Part shown: positions 56,489-64,000 of the stretch, in pieces
Layout: every line of letters begins with the position of its first letter
How positions within the stretch are numbered: position 1 is the stretch's first letter
The notes under the pieces: generated by a model
The model's database searches: none
What the model saw: only the letters and a program-made list of their open reading frames with translations
Told to the model about the DNA's origin: nothing
Made by a program: the position numbers and the translations under genes
DNA from: Bacteroidales bacterium
GTDB taxonomy: Bacteria > Bacteroidota > Bacteroidia > Bacteroidales > VadinHA17
NCBI GenBank assembly: GCA_040769065.1
Contig: JAXGLU010000001.1
Coordinates: forward strand, 711,218-775,217
Reading direction: 5' to 3'
Length of the DNA stretch: 64,000 bases

Positions 56489-57712
56489 TTATTCATTTTT
56501 TAATGCTTCAATAGGATCAAGCAACGATGCTTTTCTTGCCGGATAGACACCAAAGAATATCCCCACCATCATTGAAAACAGAAATGAGTACATTATTGAT
56601 GGCATTGAAATGATTAAATTCCACTTCGTTGCCATGCTGATTATGACTGATATCACCATTCCGGATAAAATCCCGATTATTCCTCCGCTGATACTGAGGA
56701 TTGAAGCCTCAATAATAAACTGTACCAGAATATCATTTTTACCTGCTCCCACAGCCATCCTTAAACCAATTTCATTGATCCTTTCCCTTATGGCAATCAA
56801 CATTATTGCCAATATCCCGATGCCTCCGACAAGCAGTGAAATACTGGCAATACCCACGATCAGTGATGTAAAAGTATCTGTGGTCTCTTTCTGTGCCTCA
56901 AGTAATTCAACCTGTGTCTGAATTGTGAAATCGTCAGGTTTTTGCAGCCTGTTAAGTCTGTGTCTCTCACGCAACAGCTCAGATACCTGATCAACTGCAT
57001 TCTGCATTTTCTCAGACGATCTGGCCTGAACATAAATTGTATTTATATATGTCAGGTTAAAAACTCTTCGCAGGGCAGTCTGCAGAGGTATGAAGATCTG
57101 GTCATCCTGATCTGCCCCATTCATATCTACCCCTTTTGCTTCCATTACCCCCGTAACAATAAATGTTACTTTTCCTATACGGATGGTCTCACCAACAGGG
57201 TCACTCTCCCCAAAAAGGTTTTTTACAACCGTCCGGCCCATAACGGCATACCGCATTGATGCCCTGTTATCTTCTTCAGTAAAAAATGATCCCTTTTCAG
57301 CACGGAAATTCCTGACTCTCTGAAAATCAGGTGTTGTACCCGTAATAGTTGTATTAGTGCTAAGGTTCCCAGATTTAACCTGCATTGTCTTTGTCTGAAC
57401 CGGAACAGCATATTTCACGTCAGGACACTCATTGGATATAAATTCTGAATCCTTGACTGTCAGGGTAGTAGCAGTGCCCGATACCTGTTGCCGTCCTACA
57501 GTTTTCCGCACCTGTCCGGCATTAACGATGATGAGGTCGGTTCCCATTGATTCAATAAGTGAAAGGACCTCTTTTTGTGCACCGTTACCAATTGCAACCA
57601 CGATAATTACTGCCGCTACTCCTATTATAATTCCAAGCAGGGCAAGGGCTGTCCGCAGCTTATGTGCAAGAAGCTGATTTCGTGAAATTCTTATGCTCTT
57701 TGTAATCTTCAT
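56489..57712 (-). CDS. ABC transporter permease (MacB-like, FtsX domain)
   Basis: N-terminal TM helix, a MacB-type periplasmic domain and a C-terminal three-helix FtsX module. 407 aa. Confidence 0.85.
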   Translation of the reverse strand: MKITKSIRISRNQLLAHKLRTALALLGIIIGVAAVIIVVAIGNGAQKEVLSLIESMGTDLIIVNAGQVRKTVGRQQVSGTATTLTVKDSEFISNECPDVKYAVPVQTKTMQVKSGNLSTNTTITGTTPDFQRVRNFRAEKGSFFTEEDNRASMRYAVMGRTVVKNLFGESDPVGETIRIGKVTFIVTGVMEAKGVDMNGADQDDQIFIPLQTALRRVFNLTYINTIYVQARSSEKMQNAVDQVSELLRERHRLNRLQKPDDFTIQTQVELLEAQKETTDTFTSLIVGIASISLLVGGIGILAIMLIAIRERINEIGLRMAVGAGKNDILVQFIIEASILSISGGIIGILSGMVISVIISMATKWNLIISMPSIMYSFLFSMMVGIFFGVYPARKASLLDPIEALKNE

Positions 57713-57756
57713 GATTATGGAAAAGGAACATCCGGATACTCCTTTTCAAATGGTTC

Positions 57757-58971
57757 TTATCTGAGGGCATCAACGGGCTGAAGCCCGGCAGCCCTGCGGG
57801 CCGGCTGAATTCCTGCAATTATGCCAATTATTGTAGAGAAGACTACTCCGGTGAGTATGCTTGCCCAGGAAACAGAGACAGGCGTCTCCATTACAATACT
57901 CATGATTTTGGCTCCGAGTACGCCCAGCAAAACACCTATGATTCCTCCCAGCAGGGTAACGGCCGCTGCTTCCAAAAGAAACTGACTCAGAATATCACCT
58001 CTGTTTGCTCCCAATGCTTTTCTTAAACCAATCTCCTTTTTCCGCTCATTTACCGATATGAACATTATGTTGGCAACAACAATACCTCCGGTTATCAGTG
58101 AGATTCCCGCCAGTAAGGCGAGAAAAACATTGAATGTACCAGATATTTTCTCTGCTGTTGCAGTTACCTCATCCGGTGTTGTAACTATAAAGTCATCAGG
58201 TAGCCCCTCAACAATATTATGACGTTCCCTGAGAACTGATCTGATCTCTTCAGCTGTTTTGTTTACATCGGATGAACTTTTCAGGAGAATCTTGATTCCT
58301 GCCAGGTAATCAACATTGGCCACACGTCTCAGAAAAGTTGTGAGCGGAACCTTGATTCTGTTATCCATATCCCCGCCTGACGGACTAATACCTTTTGAAA
58401 CCAGTACTCCCTTGACTTCAAACTGTACATTGCCAACCTGAATTATCTCTCCTATAGGATCTTTATCACCAAATAACTCTCTCTTAACTGTAGGACCGAG
58501 CAGACATACCCTGTTCAGGGAATTCATGTCCTCTTCGGTAATAAATTCTCCCTCAGCAGCATCCCAGTTCCAGACATATGCCCATGCAGGAGTTACCCCA
58601 AACATAGGAGCAGTTGTTGATTTTTCAAACCAGGTTATAGTTGACCCCTTGCGGTTAAATGGGGCAACTTCATCAATGGCGCGTATCTCACGCTTGAGAT
58701 ATGCAGCATCATCAAGGGTTAGAGTGGTAACCTGTTGACTCGACGAAGTCTGTTGTGACGTTGTAGCTCCGGCCCTGGCATGTATCATCAGGCTTTCAAG
58801 TCCGAATTTCTTAACCCGTTCCATTACCTGGTTTTTGGCTCCCAATCCAATAGATACAACCATTGTAAGAGCAAGTATTCCGATAACAATCCCGATCATC
58901 ATCAGGAAAGAGCGCACCTTGAACTTCGCCAGGTTTTTCAGCGCATTTATAATTATTCTCCCGGTTTTCAT
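57757..58971 (-). CDS. ABC transporter permease (MacB-like, FtsX domain), paralog
   Basis: Same architecture as 56489-57712. 404 aa. Confidence 0.85.
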   Translation of the reverse strand: MKTGRIIINALKNLAKFKVRSFLMMIGIVIGILALTMVVSIGLGAKNQVMERVKKFGLESLMIHARAGATTSQQTSSSQQVTTLTLDDAAYLKREIRAIDEVAPFNRKGSTITWFEKSTTAPMFGVTPAWAYVWNWDAAEGEFITEEDMNSLNRVCLLGPTVKRELFGDKDPIGEIIQVGNVQFEVKGVLVSKGISPSGGDMDNRIKVPLTTFLRRVANVDYLAGIKILLKSSSDVNKTAEEIRSVLRERHNIVEGLPDDFIVTTPDEVTATAEKISGTFNVFLALLAGISLITGGIVVANIMFISVNERKKEIGLRKALGANRGDILSQFLLEAAAVTLLGGIIGVLLGVLGAKIMSIVMETPVSVSWASILTGVVFSTIIGIIAGIQPARRAAGLQPVDALR

Positions 58972-58972
58972 A

Positions 58973-59719
58973 TTACTCTTCCTTTAATATTTTATTGAGT
59001 TCTGGTGTGGCATCTTTCTGAGATTTGTTCAACTCATCACTGACTATCAAGCCGTCAGAGATCTTGATAATCCTTCCGGTATGATCAGCTATATCCTGTT
59101 CATGTGTAACAATAACTATTGTCCTTCCCTGACTATTCAGCTTCTGAAAAAGAGATATGATTTCATAACTTGATTTCGTGTCAAGGTTTCCCGTCGGTTC
59201 GTCCGCAAGAATTATTTCAGGGTCATTTACCAGAGCCCGGGCAATTGCCACACGCTGTTGCTGTCCGCCGGATAACTCATTGGGATAATGGTATATTCTG
59301 TCACCAAGTCCGACAGACTCGAGTGCCTCCCTGGCCAGTTTTGAAATATTTGTTTTGTCAGAATAGATGAGAGGTAGCTCTACATTTTCAAGTGCATTTG
59401 TTCTTGCAAGCAGGTTAAAGGACTGGAATACGAACCCGATCTTTCTGTTTCTGAGAAGAGCCAGTTCCTGATCTGTCATGTTTCCAACCTCAGTGCCTTC
59501 AAAATAGAGTTTACCCTGTGTTGGCTTGTCGAGGCAGCCCAGGATATTCATCAGCGTTGATTTTCCTGAACCGGAAGAGCCCATTATTGCAATCAGCTCT
59601 CCCTTTCTGATCTCAAGGGAGACATTGCGCAGGGCGGCAATTTCACCAGTTGCGTTTTTGTTGTAAATCTTACTAAGCTCAACGGCTTTGATAATTACAT
59701 TTCCCATAATGTTTTCCAT
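58973..59719 (-). CDS. ABC transporter ATP-binding protein (MacB/LolD-type)
   Basis: Walker [10 protein letters not shown], signature LSGGQQQR, Walker [13 protein letters not shown]-loop VTHEQ. Confidence 0.9.
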   Translation of the reverse strand: MENIMGNVIIKAVELSKIYNKNATGEIAALRNVSLEIRKGELIAIMGSSGSGKSTLMNILGCLDKPTQGKLYFEGTEVGNMTDQELALLRNRKIGFVFQSFNLLARTNALENVELPLIYSDKTNISKLAREALESVGLGDRIYHYPNELSGGQQQRVAIARALVNDPEIILADEPTGNLDTKSSYEIISLFQKLNSQGRTIVIVTHEQDIADHTGRIIKISDGLIVSDELNKSQKDATPELNKILKEE

Positions 59720-59747
59720 TTAGTATATTCTCTGGTCTTGTCATTGC

Positions 59748-60800
59748 TTATTCAGGCAACAGCACTGTTTCTCCTTCATTCAATCCGTCAACCACCTCGG
59801 TAAAATTACTGTCATACCAGCCTGTCTTTATTTTTCTTAATACCGCAGTTCCGTTCTCCATTACTGTTACAAACCGTTCTCCCCTTTCCCTGATTATCGC
59901 CTTTGACAGAATAGCAATCACATTCTTTCTGGTTTCCAGATGAATTGTAACAGTAGCTGTCATCTCAGGCCTGAGAATTTTGTCCTTAAAATCAATTATT
60001 TCAACAACAACTATATAGTTTACCACATTGTCCTGGATAACAGCTTTAGGATATATTGCCGTAACACTCCCCTTAAAATCAGTATCTGTGTAGGTATCAA
60101 CAGTAAATGTGGCTTCCTGTCCGACCAGTATTTTACCTATATCGGTCTCATCAACATAAACCTGTACCTCAAGGCGGCTGAGGTCAATTATATTGACGAA
60201 AGTCGGGGCAGCAAGACCGGCCATTACGGTTTCTCCCTCCTGTGTGGAGACTGATGCAATTACCCCTGATGTCAGGGCATAGATTGAAGTATAGGAGAGC
60301 TGAACTTTTGCTACCTCAGCATTTGCTTCTGCCTGTTTTAATTGTGCCTCAGCTATTTTAAAGGCGTTTTCCGCGAGGTCATATGTCTGCCGGGAGATGT
60401 AGTTTTGTTCAAGCAGTGATGCCTGCCTCTCCATATTAAGCTTTGCATAATCATAATCAGCCCTGGCTTTATTGACAGCTGCCAGATTCTGATTCAATTT
60501 GGCTCTTAATTCTGCATCATCTATCTCTGCAATTACCTGCCCTGCCTTAACATAATCACCGATGTTTGCCCGTAGTTTTTTTACCACTCCTGATATCCTC
60601 GAACCTACCTTAACCTCTGCACCTACTTTGGGCTTTATTATCCCTGTGGCAAGGACAGATGAACCGATGTCTCTCCTTTCGGCAACAACAGTCTGCAGCT
60701 CTGTATTACTTTTTTTGTCCTGCCTGAACAGGAATAACCATAACAGAATGAATGTTATAAGTATTAGTATGATCCCGGCAATCAAGTGAGTTCGTTTCAT
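59748..60800 (-). CDS. Efflux periplasmic adaptor (HlyD/MacA-type membrane fusion protein)
   Basis: N-terminal TM helix, lipoyl-like halves (GIIKPKVGAEVKVGSRISGVV..., GQVIAEID), a coiled-coil hairpin and a beta-barrel domain. Confidence 0.85.
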   Translation of the reverse strand: MKRTHLIAGIILILITFILLWLFLFRQDKKSNTELQTVVAERRDIGSSVLATGIIKPKVGAEVKVGSRISGVVKKLRANIGDYVKAGQVIAEIDDAELRAKLNQNLAAVNKARADYDYAKLNMERQASLLEQNYISRQTYDLAENAFKIAEAQLKQAEANAEVAKVQLSYTSIYALTSGVIASVSTQEGETVMAGLAAPTFVNIIDLSRLEVQVYVDETDIGKILVGQEATFTVDTYTDTDFKGSVTAIYPKAVIQDNVVNYIVVVEIIDFKDKILRPEMTATVTIHLETRKNVIAILSKAIIRERGERFVTVMENGTAVLRKIKTGWYDSNFTEVVDGLNEGETVLLPE

Positions 60801-60818
60801 TATTTATGATTTGAATTG

Positions 60819-62153
60819 TTATCTGCCTATAGTTCTTTCCAGTTCGGCAAAGGAAATTTTATAATCGGCAAGAGCCTGAATGTAGTTTTGTTCAATCGAT
60901 ACAAACGTTGTCTGTGCATCGGTCAGCTGGATCATTGACCCGATACCTTCCTTATATTCGCCTTCTGCCAGAGAAAGGTTTTCCCTGGCACTCTCAAATG
61001 CTTTTTTTGAGGTCTCTATCCTTTCATATGATTCTTTAACTGCCAGCCAGGCATTCCAGACCTCCTGACTTATCTGATGCTTTAAAAGTTCATAGTCCTT
61101 TTCCAGACCTTTAAGCGCATATTCCTCCTGACTGACACGGGCTTTTGTTGAAAACCCTTTAAATACCGGTATTGACAGAGTCATTCCCATCCACCAGTTT
61201 CGCTCCATGGCAGGAATTTCTGGTCCGGCAAAGTTATAACTGGCGTTTGCGCTTAATGAAGGATAGTATCCGCTCTTTGCCACCTGTATATATTTCATTT
61301 GTGCATTCATGAGCGATTGATATCTCTTCAATTCAGTGCGCGTACTGAAAGCATCATTCAAAAGGGAATCAAAGTCAGGTAAAGGATTCTTAGCAATGAG
61401 TGAGAGATCATCAACTAATCTGATATCATTATCTGCCGGCAAACCAAGCAACTGATTGAGGTTGCCCTGAGCTGCCAGCAGGGTATTTGAAGCTTTTATC
61501 CGCTCCAGTTCTGCATAGGAAAGCTCAACTTCAGATTTAAGAATATCGGAACGTGTTGCCATTCCTGCCTTTTGCCTGGCATGGGCAAAATCAAGATGCA
61601 ATCTGGAATTACTAACAGACTCTTCACTGCTTCTCAGTATCCATTCTGATTGAAGTATCCTGTAATATGCCTTTATAATATTAAATACCAGATCTTGCCT
61701 GAGAGTTTCATGATTATATCTGCTTGCCTGGTAATTATCCTGTGAGGCTCCATATGTTGCCTTTATCCTGTTTCCCTGGAAAATGTTATATGAGAGATTG
61801 ATTCCCGAACTAATATTGTTATAACGCTGGCTGCCATTGTTTTTTGAATATGCACCTGCATCCGAATTCAAATTGACGGCAGGATAATATCCTGACATTG
61901 CTTCGTCTGTTTTTGCTTTCGTCTCTTCAACAAGAAACTGTGAAGATTGAAGTCCGGGATTATTTACAAGTCCGAACTCAATACACTCTTCCAGATTCAA
62001 GCGGACTGAAACAGTATCCTGAGCAGACAAGTTGATTTCGCTTAATAACAGGAGGCATATAAAAATAACAGGAAGAACTTTCAGATTTTTTAATCCATGA
62101 AATTTTATCTTAAATAGCAGTTGCATACCAGTCTTTTTCAGGCAAATTTTCAT
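60819..62153 (-). CDS. TolC-family outer membrane efflux protein
   Basis: Signal peptide and two OEP repeats with typical heptad-rich helices. 444 aa (the start may be an internal Met). Confidence 0.8.
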   Translation of the reverse strand: MKICLKKTGMQLLFKIKFHGLKNLKVLPVIFICLLLLSEINLSAQDTVSVRLNLEECIEFGLVNNPGLQSSQFLVEETKAKTDEAMSGYYPAVNLNSDAGAYSKNNGSQRYNNISSGINLSYNIFQGNRIKATYGASQDNYQASRYNHETLRQDLVFNIIKAYYRILQSEWILRSSEESVSNSRLHLDFAHARQKAGMATRSDILKSEVELSYAELERIKASNTLLAAQGNLNQLLGLPADNDIRLVDDLSLIAKNPLPDFDSLLNDAFSTRTELKRYQSLMNAQMKYIQVAKSGYYPSLSANASYNFAGPEIPAMERNWWMGMTLSIPVFKGFSTKARVSQEEYALKGLEKDYELLKHQISQEVWNAWLAVKESYERIETSKKAFESARENLSLAEGEYKEGIGSMIQLTDAQTTFVSIEQNYIQALADYKISFAELERTIGR

Positions 62154-62223
62154 AGTATCTTATTTCTTAACAAATTATTTCTGACCGAAACGGACAAAAC
62201 AGCTGGTGAAGCGGAGATGATTT

Positions 62224-62985
62224 TTATTTTCCTGAAAGCCAGTCCAGAAAAGATGTAACCTTCTCCTTGCTTATTGTAATCTTATCACTGAACGGTATTG
62301 TTAAGGTAACTGTCAGTTTTCTGGAAAAATATTGAGAAGCGTCTTTTACGGCATTACGGTTAATCAGAAACTGTCTGTTTGCCCTGAAGAAATTGTAACC
62401 CGCAATTGATTCAAGTTCTTCAATCGTCTTATTAATTGTATGGTGTTGCCGGTTGAAAGTTATCAGGTGTGATACTTCATTTTTTATATAAAAAACGGCA
62501 ATATCTTTGATTTTGACAGGTATTATATTCTCTCTGTGAAATACCAGGATAGTATTTTGTTTCATGCTTTTCCGGTTCTCAAGCATCTCACGTATCTTTT
62601 CAACAGGCAGGTTTTTTGCTATAAAATTGTCTTTCAATACTCTGTAGCGTTGTAAGGCATCGCTGATGGTATTTTTTGAAAAGGGCTTCAGGATATAATC
62701 TATCCCGTTAGCTTTAAACGCTTTTAAAGCATATTCGTCGAATGCAGTACAGAATATGACTGGAGCATTTACAGTACATTTTTTAAAGATCTCAAAGCTT
62801 AAACCATCTCCCAGCTGAATGTCGCAAAAAATAAGATCCGCATCCCGATTCTCCATAAAATAGGAAACTGACTCCTTAACTGACCTTAAAACAGCTTCTA
62901 TTTCGACTGTCTTGTCAGCTTTCACAAGTGTGGATGCAAGGTCATTGGCTGTTAATTCTTCATCCTCAATGATTACTATTTTCAT
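62224..62985 (-). CDS. LytTR-family response regulator
   Basis: Receiver domain (MKIVIIEDE..., phospho-acceptor context LIFCDIQLGDG) and a C-terminal LytTR DNA-binding domain (FFRANRQFLIN). The start is placed at MKIVII. Confidence 0.85.
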   Translation of the reverse strand: MKIVIIEDEELTANDLASTLVKADKTVEIEAVLRSVKESVSYFMENRDADLIFCDIQLGDGLSFEIFKKCTVNAPVIFCTAFDEYALKAFKANGIDYILKPFSKNTISDALQRYRVLKDNFIAKNLPVEKIREMLENRKSMKQNTILVFHRENIIPVKIKDIAVFYIKNEVSHLITFNRQHHTINKTIEELESIAGYNFFRANRQFLINRNAVKDASQYFSRKLTVTLTIPFSDKITISKEKVTSFLDWLSGK

Positions 62986-64000
62986 AGCCAAGGATTTTAA
63001 CACTTACTGAAAAATAATCCTCAGACTTTTTTATCAGAATCTCATCTCCTGATAAAATCCGGTACCGTTCTGCAAGATTAATTAATCCCAAACCGGGGGA
63101 TGACTCAGTTATTACTTTCTTTTTGATGTTGTTATATACAGTTATATAGCCATCTTTATAAAAAATTCTGATCTGCAATGGCATTTCATTAGTCAGGGCA
63201 TTATGTTTTAACGCATTCTCAGCTAATAACTGCAGGGAAAATACCGGAACATACCCTGTCTTCATCTGTTGTTCAGGAATATCAATATGAAATTGTAAAG
63301 CTCCGCCATACCTGATCTTTTGCATTTCCAGGTAGTCCAGACATAGATTAAGTTCTTTAACAAGATTAACAACATTCTCGTTTCCGGCTGTAACTGATAT
63401 CCTTAGAAAATCAGATAATTTTATCAGATAATCTTCCGCAGTTTCCGGAGATACATTGATAAGTGATTTCAGGGTATTAAGCGAATTAAAGAGGAAGTGA
63501 GGATGTATCTGTTGCCTTAGCTGCTGATTTAATGCTTCTGAGTTTTTCAGTTTCAACCGGGCGTTTTCAATTTCAGTTGCAGCCTGTCTTCCTTTGATCA
63601 AAACCAGATTTTCAATAATTAAAATGACCGAGTTAATTGATAATCCTATTATTGATGCGGCACAGGGAAAATGTCTTGAAGTCATGTCAGGATTAAACGT
63701 CTGGCTGTACAGGCCCATTCTGAGCATTCTCATTGCTGCCATTACAAGAGCCGCCGAAATTATGTAGCTCAGTATATATCTGATAATTCTGACATATTTA
63801 ACAGTCCTGAATTTTTCAGCCAGGTAAAATAGAAATATATTCAACCACCAGACAGTCAATGTAGCTAATGTAATAATAAGTACAGCTTTGGGAAAAATGT
63901 TAATTGAAACGGCTCTGTGTATAAAAATGGGAGTTATGGCCAATATACCAATTAAGGGTGATGTAAATACAGCTACCTTAAAAAGTCTTTTAATATCAGA
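62966..64000 (-). CDS. LytS/YehU-type sensor histidine kinase (5' end lies outside the window)
   Basis: PF06580-like His-kinase box (QIHPHFLFNSLNTLKSLI) and an HATPase_c region (LLAENALKHN..., SPGLGLINLAERY). N-terminal TM helices. The frame stays open to base 64000. Confidence 0.8.
   Translation of the reverse strand, partial: SDIKRLFKVAVFTSPLIGILAITPIFIHRAVSINIFPKAVLIITLATLTVWWLNIFLFYLAEKFRTVKYVRIIRYILSYIISAALVMAAMRMLRMGLYSQTFNPDMTSRHFPCAASIIGLSINSVILIIENLVLIKGRQAATEIENARLKLKNSEALNQQLRQQIHPHFLFNSLNTLKSLINVSPETAEDYLIKLSDFLRISVTAGNENVVNLVKELNLCLDYLEMQKIRYGGALQFHIDIPEQQMKTGYVPVFSLQLLAENALKHNALTNEMPLQIRIFYKDGYITVYNNIKKKVITESSPGLGLINLAERYRILSGDEILIKKSEDYFSVSVKILGYENSNH

Noticed and set aside
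1-64000. Looked for CRISPR arrays, cas genes, reverse transcriptases (retron/DGR), restriction-modification, toxin-antitoxin pairs, prophage genes and rRNA.
   Set aside because: There are no regularly spaced direct repeats and no ORFs with recognisable motifs of these classes. The window reads as core chromosome, apart from one IS.

Overview
This AT-rich 64-kb window looks like ordinary chromosome from a Bacteroidota (Bacteroidales-like) genome. Evidence for that placement: a complete MoxR/DUF58/BatA-E aerotolerance operon, a long-form YidC, a T9SS C-terminal sorting domain, a DUF4105/Lnb-like protein, and TAnnTTTG -7 promoter boxes at sensible distances upstream of several genes. I found about 50 credible protein genes, one tRNA-Arg(UCU), one IS982-family element, two pseudogenes and one candidate structured RNA. 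There are no rRNA genes, no CRISPR array, no prophage and no recognisable defence or toxin-antitoxin module. Gene modules from left to right: (1) a TPR-CHAT protein, an ECF-like sigma factor, and a C39-peptidase ABC exporter with HlyD; (2) DUF349, a pyrG remnant and yidC; (3) LacI, a transglutaminase-like lipoprotein and a TlpA-like oxidoreductase; (4) housekeeping genes (GT2, ComB-like, YihY, bioG, AraC, tRNA, pcm, M50 protease, DUF4105); (5) the bat operon; (6) ung and a CYTH protein; (7) a compact kamA / two ATP-grasp / GNAT operon; (8) a T9SS-secreted Big_2 protein, a GH78 rhamnosidase and rhaT-rhaM-rhaA-rhaB; (9) GT4 with a YbbA/YbbP-like ABC system; (10) IS982 next to a decayed ABC ATPase; (11) a SHOCT protein, a MacAB-TolC-like efflux system and a LytTR two-component system. 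The leads I rate highest are all hypotheses from sequence reading only. First, the lysine-2,3-aminomutase / 2x ATP-grasp / GNAT operon may make a beta-lysine-derived product. Second, a promoter, ~190-nt closed helical RNA and intrinsic terminator sit directly upstream of bioG. Third, the membrane-anchored TPR-CHAT / sigma pair lies beside a substrate-less C39 exporter. Fourth, pyrG is reduced to a ~46-codon stub at its conserved position before yidC. Fifth, an IS982 copy is associated with a multiply frameshifted ABC gene.
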